NCBI GenBank assembly: GCA_964416155.1
Contig: CAYQCW010000001.1
Location: 32,001 to 96,000 of the forward strand
Origin: an uncultured Nitrososphaerota archaeon
GTDB taxonomy: Archaea; Thermoproteota; EX4484-205; JAAOZP01
Reading direction: 5' to 3'
DNA: 64,000 nt
Program-made: the position numbers and the translations under genes
The notes under the pieces: generated by a model
Seen by the model: only the letters and a program-made list of their open reading frames with translations
The model's database searches: none
Told to the model about the DNA's origin: nothing
Part shown: positions 47,041 to 56,841 of the stretch, piece by piece
Numbering within the stretch: position 1 is the first letter of the stretch
Layout of the letters: each line of letters begins with the position of its first letter

Positions 47041-48972
47041 TTAGCCGCGGACGAGTTTCATGACCGTGTCGACAAGCGAATCCTCATCCAACCCCGTCAT
47101 TCTATAAAGGTCTTCGAAAGCCCCTGAGGAACCGTATTCACCGACACCCAGCCTTTTTATTTTAACCCTGTAGCCACGCTCAGCAACAGCCTGCAATACG
47201 GATGCTCCAAGCCCAGTGTTAACGTTATGGTCCTCATAAATTATAATCCTGCCTGTTTTAGCAGCCTCCTCCAAAACCTTCTCGTCGACCTCCAGAGGGC
47301 AAGAAACATTAACCACCATAACGTTTATCCCCATATTTCTCAGCCTCTCCCAGACTGAGACAGCCTTGTGAGCTATTGATCCCATGGTGAATATCGCAGC
47401 ATCCCCGCCGCTCCTCAAAACCTCCGCCTTACCGTACTTGAACACGTAGTTTCCCGCAAACACTTCCTTACCAGCGTTGTCAGTGATTATTGGTAGCTTC
47501 GACCTTCCTACTGCAAGCAGAAAGTTTCCGGGTGTCGACGCGATGAACCTCGTGGCCCTGTCAGTCTGATTAGCGTCGGCGGGCACTATAACTCTGAAAC
47601 CGTAAAGATTCCTGAAGACACCTACGTAATCAATGCAGTGGTGAGTCTTCCCGTCTTCGCCCACGTTTAAACCGCAGTGTGTGACAACAACCTTAAGGTT
47701 CGTATGGTTAATATCGTTAAGCCTATGCTGATTATAGGTCTCGTCCACGCCGAAAACCCCGAAGTCGACGAAGAAGGATACAACTCCCTGGATTGACACT
47801 GCTCCCGCAATAGTCGCAGTAGTGTGCTCCTGAACACCGGCTTGGAAGAAGTTTCCGGGGAACTTCTTAGCGAACTCCAGAGTTCTGACCGATTCCGCCA
47901 AGTCGCAGTCAAAAACAGCGATTAACGGTTTACCCCCGCCCTGGGCTTCAGCCAGGTCGATTAACGCATTGCCGAAAGCCTGTCTGGTTTCCACCTGGCT
48001 TCCAGCCGCGTACGTTCTAGGCACCCCGGGCTTGAGGGTTACTTTTTCCGAGCATAATTCATAAGCCCTGTGGCTTGGAGAAGCTTTAAGCTCGGAGGCG
48101 AACCTGCTTCTCAATTTCTTATACTTGTCAATGTCGTCCTCAACACCTAGTTCCAGAATCGCCTTCTTATACTCATCCATTTTCAACGGTCTACCATGGT
48201 ACTCCTCATTCCCCTCCATGAAGGAAACCCCCTTCCCCATTACTGTTCTAGCGATGATGGTTGTTGGAGAATCGTCGGAAACCGCCTCGTCCAACGCGTT
48301 TCGCAGAGCCTTTAAATCATGGCCATCTGTCTCAATAACTCTCCAGCCGTCTGACGCATACCCCTCCTTAATGTTAACCGGCATCACCTCATACGTCGTC
48401 CCGCTTATCTGCCTCTCATTGTAGTCAACCACGACAGTAATGTTTGCGAAACCATGCTTGTGGGCGAACCTCCTGGCCTCAGCCGTCTGCCCCTTAGCCT
48501 GCTCGGCGTCGCTCATCGCGACGAAAACATGGTAGTCCTCCCCCCTGATCCTCCCTGCGACGGCGAAGCCGCATCCTGCAGAAAGCCCTTGGCCAAGGTT
48601 CCCGGTTGACCACTCAACCCCTGGGACGCATCTCTCCACATGACCCTCGAAACGGCTGCCGGCAAGCCTGAAAGTTGCTATTGCCTCATCAATGTCGAAG
48701 AAGCCGAGCCTCCCTAGGGCAGCGTAAACACCGGGAGAAGTATGACCGTGGCTGACGACTATCCTGTCTCTAGCCGGCCAGCATGGCTCGTTGGGCTTAA
48801 CTCTTGCAAACGAGAATAGGGCAAGGTAAATGTCGATGCTGGACATGGATCCTCCGGGGTGTCCCGAGGCAGCGAGAGTCGTCATCTTCAAAATATCGCC
48901 GCGTGCAATTCTGCCTAATTCCCTCAGCTTTTCAAGGTCTTCATCGGATATCCATCTCTCAGGGGAATTCAT
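47041..48972 (-). CDS. tkt: Transketolase (single-chain)
   Basis: SGHPGGSMS, SHGH, STGNLGQG, GKGVSFME...YHG, EDGKTH and EDHNVNTGLG. Confidence 0.9.
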   Translation of the reverse strand: MNSPERWISDEDLEKLRELGRIARGDILKMTTLAASGHPGGSMSSIDIYLALFSFARVKPNEPCWPARDRIVVSHGHTSPGVYAALGRLGFFDIDEAIATFRLAGSRFEGHVERCVPGVEWSTGNLGQGLSAGCGFAVAGRIRGEDYHVFVAMSDAEQAKGQTAEARRFAHKHGFANITVVVDYNERQISGTTYEVMPVNIKEGYASDGWRVIETDGHDLKALRNALDEAVSDDSPTTIIARTVMGKGVSFMEGNEEYHGRPLKMDEYKKAILELGVEDDIDKYKKLRSRFASELKASPSHRAYELCSEKVTLKPGVPRTYAAGSQVETRQAFGNALIDLAEAQGGGKPLIAVFDCDLAESVRTLEFAKKFPGNFFQAGVQEHTTATIAGAVSIQGVVSFFVDFGVFGVDETYNQHRLNDINHTNLKVVVTHCGLNVGEDGKTHHCIDYVGVFRNLYGFRVIVPADANQTDRATRFIASTPGNFLLAVGRSKLPIITDNAGKEVFAGNYVFKYGKAEVLRSGGDAAIFTMGSIAHKAVSVWERLRNMGINVMVVNVSCPLEVDEKVLEEAAKTGRIIIYEDHNVNTGLGASVLQAVAERGYRVKIKRLGVGEYGSSGAFEDLYRMTGLDEDSLVDTVMKLVRG

Positions 48973-49106
48973 GAAGGGAACGACTCAATTAGAGGAATAA
49001 AAAGTTATTCCGTGTCAGAGGACGATTCTAGGCGCTGGAGAATTTCATTTTCATCGACAAGTTTAATTCGAGTGCTGGCTATCGAAATGATGGTTTGGAG
49101 GCTAGC

Positions 49107-49883
49107 CTAACGCCGTAGTTCTTGGCATGCAACACCATACGTTGACTTCGATTCCAAAATGGGAGGAGAAAACTCGACTATTGGACATTTCTCTATGCAT
49201 GTTTCACATCCTTTGCACCTGGTTTCATCCAAGTGAACCTTCCCATCCGATCTAGGAACAAGGCTTCGCACGGACAAAGCCTCGCAAGAACCGCATCCCA
49301 GGCAGTATGCTACTCTGAACAATGCAATTACTTTTCTATTCCTGTTTTCCAACCTGAACATCACCTTGTTTCCGTTTAACACATACGATGCTGCAGGATC
49401 CCCCTAGGGTTTTCACGAGTTCCCTCAGCCTACCCTCGTCTATCTCTCTGTCTAAAACTAGACACGTGGCTGCTCCATCGTCTTTCGCCACGTATTTTTC
49501 AAGGCGGCAGCTATGGATGTCCAACTACTTTCTTCACCTTTACCGGAACCCGTTTCCATCTCCACAAGCGACGCTTAACGATGGCGAGCCTCCATCCGAG
49601 AGATGCTTAAGAATTCCCGTCTGAAATCATCCCAAAAGCCTGATCCACGTAGAAAAGCTTGTTCTCAAGCATAAGATGATCCTCATATAGGACTTTCCCC
49701 AGCCCCATAACCATACTGCTTGTCCAGAGTCTTCAGAACCAGTTTTCTCTCCTCTTCGGAAACAGGCCTTAAGTCGGCCTTCCCCCTAGTTTTTAAAGAA
49801 AAACTTTGTCTCCGCATACGTCGCACTCCTCTCCTAAAAGCGGCACGTTGCAGACTCCGCACCATCTTACTGAGGTTCAACAA
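49107..49883 (-). pseudogene. Archaeal PAPS-reductase/PUA/4Fe-4S domain gene, frameshifted and internally deleted
   Basis: Across frames: RWCGVCNVPLLGEECDVCG (Zn ribbon), GKADLRPVSEEE...KQYG, LENKLFYVDQAF..ISDG, directly followed by LWRWKRVP, then CLGCGSCEAL and CKGCETCIEKCP. Confidence 0.72.
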
Positions 49884-49931
49884 GTTTAAACCCCCGGGGA
49901 GTCACTCGTCAATCGGAAGTGAAGTTGAAAC

Positions 49932-52313
49932 CTATTCTATCACCTCGAGGACACACGCCTCGCCTTTTAGAAGAAGTTTCAAATCTATGGTTCTCAACTC
50001 ACCGTTATACTCGTGGGAGACGAGCTCTCCTCCCGTGCAGTTGATCCTCAGCGGCCTATTCTCATCGTAGAAAACTATCCTCCATGTTTTCCCAGAAGGC
50101 CCTATCTTCAGCCTTAAGACACTGTTTTCTCTCGAAACCTCTATTGGAAAACTCTCGTCGAAAAAGTAGTTTAAGAACGCCTTGTCTTTCACAAAGACTT
50201 CAAGAATCATTTCTCCAAATTTTTCATCCACGTGTTGCACAGGATTCACTCTAGGTATCACTGAGTTCTCCCTGATGAACAGAGGTATTATGTGTAAGGG
50301 AACACTCTCCTTAACCCAGCATCCTCCTTTAACCGGCTTCCTACTCCACCAGTTTAACCATCCGCCTCTTGGCAGGTAGTAATCCACATATCCTTCCTCG
50401 TTTAGAACAGGTACGACAAGCAGGGCTGAGCCGAAGAGATACTCCAGGTCAACCCTCCTAACATTCGGGTCCTCCTGATACTCTAACACCAGCGGCCTAG
50501 CCATGGGGATACCTGTTTCGCACGCCTCGTATGCATGCGAGTAAATATAGGGAAGGAGACTATACCTGAGGCAGGCGAATTCTCTAAAGATTTGAAGAGC
50601 CTCCTCCCCGTACTCCCATGGTTCCCTAGGCGTAGTCCCATGACACCTGGAAAGAGGGCTTAAAAGACCCCATTGGGCCCACCTGACGTAGAGCGTGGGA
50701 CTCGGCTTAGGCCCTTGAAAACCACCTATGTCATGACTCCAGAAAGGCACTCCGGACAGCGAGTAGCTCAGCCCGCCGCGCAGCACGCATGCCATGTCTT
50801 CAAAGGTAGCATGGCTGTCACCGCCCCATTGAACCGGGTACCTCTGTATCCCAGCGCATCCGGAACGCCCCCAGACAAGACCATTACCATTCCCGTAAAC
50901 CTCTTCCACGGCTTCAAAAACAGCCCCCTGGTAGTAGAGAGGGTAGAGATTATGCATCTCCACCCCAGTCTTCCCGTTGTGGAAAACTGCTTGCTCAGGC
51001 ACGGCCTCACCCATGTCGCACTTGAAGACTGAGACCCCCCTTCTGAGTAGACTTGAATGCTTACTCTTATACCATTCCTTGGCCTCCGGGTTGGTGAAAT
51101 CAACTATAGCCACTTCGCAAAGCTCAAAGTCGGGGATATGGATTACTTTACCATCGTTATCTTTCAGAAAGAAGCCTTTTTCAACACCCTCCTCATACAT
51201 GGCTGTACCCTTAGGAACATACGGTTGCTCCCATAAGCATACTTTGAAACCCATTTCCCTTAATTTTTTAAACATGTCATCCGGATTCGGAAAAGCATCC
51301 TCATTCCATTCGAAGTCACAGTAGTGCTTAGGCTTCATCCAAGACGGGTCTATGTGCAACACGTCGCAAGGTATTTGCTGGCTTCTCATCCTCTGGGCAA
51401 CATCCTCAAGCTCCCTCCTATTCCGGTATGTTGCTCGAGACATCCATAGTCCAAAAGACCATAATGGCGGTAGGCTGGGACGCCCTGTGAGCTCAGTATA
51501 CATTTTCAAAACACGTTTCAAGTCTGAACCGTAGAAAACAATATACTCTAAACAGTCATCCCAAATCTCGAAGGAAATAGAATTGTAGCAGTACTCGGAG
51601 CCCACTTCAAACAGTGTTTTACACGCCGTCTTTACAAATAAACCGTAGCCCTCGCTCGAAACGTAGAAAGGTATACTTTTATAACTTCTATCAGATGAGG
51701 TTAAAGTTGTATCTGAATTCCAGAGTAGAAGAGTCTGAACCTTTTTATCAAGAGGCCCGAATCTCTCGCCAAACCCGTAAACGGATTCATCCGGTCTCAG
51801 GAAAACACTTTCAAAAAAACGCTTCTCACCTTCTACAGTTTTATAGCCTAGAGGATAAACTGGAAACCAGCTGCGAAGAATACCTGAAAGATATTCTTCG
51901 AAAAAGACCCTCCCCTTTTCATCCTTCAGCTTGAGGCACCAAGGCTTTCTCCGGATCTCGCAAGACATCCTGCCGGATGAAAAAGATAGAGCATCACTAG
52001 ACTCTACGATACTGGTTTCCACCGGCTCCAAGACTGTTTTCACCATAAGGGGCTCAGGCTCGAATGCTGGAACCCTGTCTATGCCTGCTCTCAACATTAG
52101 GGCCTGTTCACCGAGGAAAGAAACCTCCACGTGCAGGGGGTTAGCCTTAGGCTCTGTTTCAACCACTAGTTTAACCATGCCATCCTGAACACTCCATGAA
52201 TCCGCTTGTGAAGCATAGTGATACTTCCAACGAGTCTTGTCGAAAATAGGCTCTCTTTCAGTCTTATGAAGATACTCTAGGTAATACCTTTTGCTGAAAT
52301 AACCATTCTCCAT
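49932..52313 (-). CDS. GH31 alpha-xylosidase (YicI-like)
   Basis: YGFGERF, SYKSIPF, WSFGLWMS, FKCDMGE, WGGDS, WSHDIGGF and SRCHG...REPW. Confidence 0.9.
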   Translation of the reverse strand: MENGYFSKRYYLEYLHKTEREPIFDKTRWKYHYASQADSWSVQDGMVKLVVETEPKANPLHVEVSFLGEQALMLRAGIDRVPAFEPEPLMVKTVLEPVETSIVESSDALSFSSGRMSCEIRRKPWCLKLKDEKGRVFFEEYLSGILRSWFPVYPLGYKTVEGEKRFFESVFLRPDESVYGFGERFGPLDKKVQTLLLWNSDTTLTSSDRSYKSIPFYVSSEGYGLFVKTACKTLFEVGSEYCYNSISFEIWDDCLEYIVFYGSDLKRVLKMYTELTGRPSLPPLWSFGLWMSRATYRNRRELEDVAQRMRSQQIPCDVLHIDPSWMKPKHYCDFEWNEDAFPNPDDMFKKLREMGFKVCLWEQPYVPKGTAMYEEGVEKGFFLKDNDGKVIHIPDFELCEVAIVDFTNPEAKEWYKSKHSSLLRRGVSVFKCDMGEAVPEQAVFHNGKTGVEMHNLYPLYYQGAVFEAVEEVYGNGNGLVWGRSGCAGIQRYPVQWGGDSHATFEDMACVLRGGLSYSLSGVPFWSHDIGGFQGPKPSPTLYVRWAQWGLLSPLSRCHGTTPREPWEYGEEALQIFREFACLRYSLLPYIYSHAYEACETGIPMARPLVLEYQEDPNVRRVDLEYLFGSALLVVPVLNEEGYVDYYLPRGGWLNWWSRKPVKGGCWVKESVPLHIIPLFIRENSVIPRVNPVQHVDEKFGEMILEVFVKDKAFLNYFFDESFPIEVSRENSVLRLKIGPSGKTWRIVFYDENRPLRINCTGGELVSHEYNGELRTIDLKLLLKGEACVLEVIE

Positions 52314-52369
52314 GCCGGTCTATTCTGAATGTGGAGAATTAAAGCTTTACCACAATTCCTAATTAATCC

Positions 52370-53470
52370 GTGAAACAACATGTTTTAACCCGCTTGGAAA
52401 GGCTTAAAATCCGATATCTTGTTTTAAGAATGATGCCTAAAGAGTTAGTGGCCGTAGGGCCTAGGAAACCCGCGATCCTGAAGTATGAGGAAAGACCGCT
52501 TAAAAAAGGCGAGCTCCGCATAAGAAGCATCTTCTCAGCTGAGAAGCACGGCACGACTCTGCTGCTTTACAGAGGGGAATCACCGTTCTTCGACAAATAT
52601 TATGATCAGGAGCGTATGCTTTTCGTGAGTAGAAAAGGTGAAGAATCGTATTTTCCTTTCCCCCTTGGAAACATGACGGTGGGAATTGTTGAAGAGGTTT
52701 CCTCGGAGGTTTCGAGGTTTAAAGTGGGCGACAGAGTCTACGGCTATCTTCCAATAAGGGAAACACACGTTGTTCCAGAGCAACGGGTTATGCCTGCCCC
52801 GGAGGGTGTAAGTAATGAGGAGCTTGTCTGCGTCGACCCAGCGGTTGTAGCACTCATGGCTGTTAGAGAAGGGCATGTAAGGCTGGGCGACCGGGTTGCG
52901 ATTTTCGGAACGGGGGCAATAGGGCTTTTAGCTCTCCAGATGTGCAAAATATCTGGTAGTCTATGCGTCATCACCGTAGAACCAGTGGAGAAGAGAAGAG
53001 GTCTCGCCGAAAAATTCGGAGCAGACTACGTTATTGACCCGACTTCTGTTGACGCGGGTATGAAGATTAAGGAATTAACGGAGGGGAAAGGAGTGGATGT
53101 TTCTCTGGAGATCAGTGGTAGTTATCGAGCATTGCACCAGGCTATTAGAGCAACCAGATACGGGGGAAGCGTAATACCTGTTTCCTGGTATCATGGGGAA
53201 GCCAAAGATCTTTACCTCGGCGAAGAGTTTCACTTCAACCGGCTAACACTAGTATCCGGGGCTCGCGTCGAAAGCGAGCCCTATAGAGATTATCCTCTCT
53301 GGGATAGGGAGAGGGTTTACTCTACAGTAATAGAGTTTTTCATTAGGAAAAAACTGGATGTTCAAGGAATAATCGACCCGATTGTGAAGTTTAGCCAAGT
53401 AGTTGAAGCCTATAAGAAGGTAGACGAACAGCCATGGGAATACGTAAAGCTCGGAGTAACTTATTCTTAG
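52370..53470 (+). CDS. MDR-family (zinc-binding type) dehydrogenase lacking canonical Zn cysteines
   Basis: AEKHGT, GNMTVG, GDRV, FGTGAIG and GVDVSLEISG. Start probably ATG 52431/52434. Confidence 0.85.
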   Translation: MKQHVLTRLERLKIRYLVLRMMPKELVAVGPRKPAILKYEERPLKKGELRIRSIFSAEKHGTTLLLYRGESPFFDKYYDQERMLFVSRKGEESYFPFPLGNMTVGIVEEVSSEVSRFKVGDRVYGYLPIRETHVVPEQRVMPAPEGVSNEELVCVDPAVVALMAVREGHVRLGDRVAIFGTGAIGLLALQMCKISGSLCVITVEPVEKRRGLAEKFGADYVIDPTSVDAGMKIKELTEGKGVDVSLEISGSYRALHQAIRATRYGGSVIPVSWYHGEAKDLYLGEEFHFNRLTLVSGARVESEPYRDYPLWDRERVYSTVIEFFIRKKLDVQGIIDPIVKFSQVVEAYKKVDEQPWEYVKLGVTYS

Positions 53471-53669
53471 AACCGTTTTTATGGGCGATTCCAAGCTGTT
53501 TGAAAAGCGGGAGACTTAAAAACGTATAAGCAAACCGTCTTTCCGTGACAACGCGTGTCGAAAAAAGAACTGTTAAAGACTTAATTCGTTAGGAGATATG
53601 CTCTAGGCAGCGCAACTACTCCCAGCTAAAGATTTATCTCAGGATTTTGCAAGAAAATATTGAAGAAAA

Positions 53670-55079
53670 ATGATTGGAGAAACCGGTAAAGTTAGGCTTG
53701 GGTTTGTTCCTCTCCACAGAGAACCTTTCGACGAAGAATGGGCTAAGAAGCTACGGAGCAGGACGATAAACATGCTTTCTGGTTTAGGAGAAATAACTCT
53801 TGTATATCCTGACGAAAAGCTTGTTAAAAACGGGCTGGTTAGGAATGATGAAGACGCTTCGAAAACCATAGGGCTTTTTAAAGACCAGGGGATACACGGG
53901 TTAATACTTGGCACGATGACTTTTGGAGACGAGGTCGCAGGCTCTTCAATAGCTCAAGCCCTATGTGTCCCCACTCTAGTTTTCGGCACGAAGGAGCCGC
54001 CTATATCGAGCGAAGGCTTTAGAAGCTCAGACTCGTTTTGCGGAACCCTTTCTCTAACCTCAGGGCTCTACAGGAGAAAAATACCTTTCGACTTCGCCGG
54101 CATAGTGTTTCCAGAGGAGAATCATTTTCTGGAAAAAGTAAGGGTTTTTGCAAGAGCATGCTCTTCGGTCAGAGCTTTCCTCGGAGCCAAGGTTGGCGTT
54201 TTTGGACCCAGACCCGAGCGCTTCGAAACCTGCACTTTCAACGAGGTAGCGATGATAAACAAGTTTGGACAGAGAGCCGTACCCTACGACCTCACTGGCG
54301 TCATACTTGGCTTGAGCAAGATCCCTGGGGACAACCCAGATGTGACGAGGGTTGTTGAACAAATAAAATCATATGCTGAAATTACAGGAATACCTTTTGA
54401 AAATCTGTTGAAGATGGCGAAGCTGGAGGTTCTACTGAAAAACATGGCTGAGAAAGACGGTTTATCAGCACTCGGCTTCAGATGTTGGACTGAGATACAG
54501 GATCTCTACGGCATATCGGTTTGCCACGTGCTGGGCAGGTTGACGGAGCAGGGTTTAGTCTCTGCATGCGAATCCGACGTCTACGGTGCATTAACCATGC
54601 TTATGCAGTATTGGGCAACACTGGGAAAATCTGTACCTCATTTCGTAGACTGGACGATTAAGCATCCGGAGAAAGAAGACCTCGTTCTAATGTGGCACTG
54701 TGGCAACGCGCCACCTTCACTAGCATGTGCCGGTTGCAAGTTGGCCGTAAGGTATCACAGCATACTTTACAGAGCAGTGGGTGAAGACAGGTCGCAGGGG
54801 ACTGGCGAGTTCAGGCTTAAACCAGGTCCGGTTACGATCAACCGACTGGTGGAGTATGATGGAGAATTCAAAATGCTAACCGTGGGTGGCGAGATTGTTG
54901 AAGAAGGCCCTTATACGAGGGGCTCGTACAGCTGGGTTAGGATTAAAAGCCTCGATGAAGTGTATAGGACGCTTGTAAACGAGGGGTTCATACATCACGC
55001 GAGCATGGTTCACGGAGATATTTCTCGAGAGATAGAAAGCGCGTGTAGATTTCTAGGAATAAAAGTGATTAAAGCGTAA
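53670..55079 (+). CDS. L-fucose/L-arabinose isomerase family protein
   Basis: TFGDE, SDSFCG, RCWTEIQ, ACESDVYGA, WHCGN and FIHHAS. Confidence 0.87.
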   Translation: MIGETGKVRLGFVPLHREPFDEEWAKKLRSRTINMLSGLGEITLVYPDEKLVKNGLVRNDEDASKTIGLFKDQGIHGLILGTMTFGDEVAGSSIAQALCVPTLVFGTKEPPISSEGFRSSDSFCGTLSLTSGLYRRKIPFDFAGIVFPEENHFLEKVRVFARACSSVRAFLGAKVGVFGPRPERFETCTFNEVAMINKFGQRAVPYDLTGVILGLSKIPGDNPDVTRVVEQIKSYAEITGIPFENLLKMAKLEVLLKNMAEKDGLSALGFRCWTEIQDLYGISVCHVLGRLTEQGLVSACESDVYGALTMLMQYWATLGKSVPHFVDWTIKHPEKEDLVLMWHCGNAPPSLACAGCKLAVRYHSILYRAVGEDRSQGTGEFRLKPGPVTINRLVEYDGEFKMLTVGGEIVEEGPYTRGSYSWVRIKSLDEVYRTLVNEGFIHHASMVHGDISREIESACRFLGIKVIKA

Positions 55080-55181
55080 CGTAACACTAATTCTTTTTTT
55101 AAGGTTGAAAAATCCTACTGCACGCCAGCCTAAACCCTTGAAAAACTCTCCTCACCACGAGTCTCGTTAAAAAACAGGTTA

Positions 55182-55976
55182 TTGCAAGCTTCTACAGAAA
55201 AGCATAAAAAGTATTCAATAGCCACCCATATTATTCGCATGGCTTATCAGGACAGGAAAAGCTTCGCGCTATACCAGCTATACGGGCAGATCATGATATT
55301 GACCCTTGCAGTTTTAAACACCTATTACCCTGAGTACCTTACCTATACTTTCATAGCGTTCGTAGCAATCTCATTAATCCCAACATATTTAAGAATGAGA
55401 ACACAGATGAAAGGGTCGTATTCCGGGCAGCTTAAGGAGATAAAAGAAAGCAAAAAAATCTACGAGGAAGGAGGCATAGAGGTTTCGAGGCTCATGGCGT
55501 CTGATGCACAGCTCACTCAAGAAATGAAGCCCCTAGCAGTTTTATCCATCTTAAGCATATTTGTCTTCATATTCATACTATTGGTCTGGTACCCAATGTA
55601 TTTCAATTTCGCAAGCAGCTTGACAAGCGATTCATCCTTAAACTCATCCAGGTTTCTGATCTTCTTGATCGGTTACGAGGTTCCCTACGCCATAATGACT
55701 TTAATAAGTTTCAGGCAGAACAAGGTGTCGAAAAACTTTGCTCAGATTCCTCGAAGCTATACCATTTTCGAAAAAGGATTGGCTGCACAAGGAGTAGTCA
55801 TAAGTTTTCCGATGGATAACTATGAGTTGAAGCTCGACTCAAAAAGGAAATTCGTCGAAATAGTCAGCAAGGACGAGAAAAGGCCTCAAAGGATTAGGCT
55901 CTATAGCTCACAACCCGGCGAGCTTTTCAGGCTGATTAGGACGAATTGTTTTTCCACTTCGAAAAACACAGAATAA
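55182..55976 (+). CDS. DUF2208-like membrane protein
   Basis: Four TM segments with a KEIKESKKIYEE loop and C-terminal KRKFVEI...IRLYS. Start probably ATG 55239. Family recognised from memory. Confidence 0.65.
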   Translation: MQASTEKHKKYSIATHIIRMAYQDRKSFALYQLYGQIMILTLAVLNTYYPEYLTYTFIAFVAISLIPTYLRMRTQMKGSYSGQLKEIKESKKIYEEGGIEVSRLMASDAQLTQEMKPLAVLSILSIFVFIFILLVWYPMYFNFASSLTSDSSLNSSRFLIFLIGYEVPYAIMTLISFRQNKVSKNFAQIPRSYTIFEKGLAAQGVVISFPMDNYELKLDSKRKFVEIVSKDEKRPQRIRLYSSQPGELFRLIRTNCFSTSKNTE

Positions 55977-56140
55977 ATCATTAAACAGACGAGTATGAAT
56001 AGGGGATCCTTATATGAATTCCTCCAACACCAACAATCTAAGCCTAGTATACTCCACTGAAACTTCCGTGATTTTTATTTTACATAGAAGTATTACGTTA
56101 GATAAAAACTTTTCATTATACTTCAATGATTCATAGTGCG

Positions 56141-56690
56141 ATGAAAGAAATAAGTCCGCGTGAAAGATTTAAAGAAACTTTTACTTTCGGTAAACCCGAC
56201 AGGGTCTTTCTCATGCCTCAGTGGTTCTGGAGATCTAGCGCGCGCTATTTCGCCATCTTCCTTGAACCAAGGGCATATAGGCTTACTTGTATAGTAGACA
56301 TGGATTGGATAACAGACATTTGTAAGAAGGCATATGGTCCAATAGTAAGCTGGATTAAAAACATGGGCATCGATTTAGTGGGAGTTGAATCTCAAGGACA
56401 TGCGTACGAATTAACTGAAACATGGGCGAGAGTCGGCATTAACTTCACATCTCTCGAGGCAAGTAGCGGGGGAGATATCGAATAGATTAGGAAGACTTTG
56501 GACAGCGGGGTTGCCGTCATAGGAAATATTGACCATAAGGTATTGGGAAGGGGTAAAAGGGACATAATGAAGTTTCCAGGAAAATGCTGTTCTTCGAACA
56601 AGACGGATACATTCCTGCTCCAGACGGCGTCATACTGCCGGAGGTATCTTGAGAGAATTTCAGTACTCCATAGAAATTTTGAAGGATTAT
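56141..56690 (+). pseudogene. URO-D-family pseudogene with internal deletion
   Basis: MKEISPRERFKETFTFGKPDRVF...WFW (N-terminus) joined to AYGPIVSWIK...VESQG...LEASSGGDIE*IRK...VIGNIDHKVL, frameshift, then DGYIPAPDGVILPEVS*ENF (C-terminus). About half the expected length. Confidence 0.78.
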
Positions 56691-56841
56691 AAGCGAATAA
56701 GCAGTGTAAGATAATCCTTTTTATAGAAAAGCCATTTATTTTCCAAAATCACCATTATGAATGGTTGGGAATTAAGCCCAGTTAATTCATTGCGATAGCG
56801 AAACTTATTTTTACCAGGCTGAGAGGAAGGCGTGAGAAAAA

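Noticed and set aside
31590-56485. In-frame TAG codons in PriS (31590), DUF5131 (32465) and URO-D (56483) remnants, suggesting amber recoding
   Set aside because: Each of these genes also has frameshifts or deletions, TAG terminates many intact genes here, and no pyl genes are seen.
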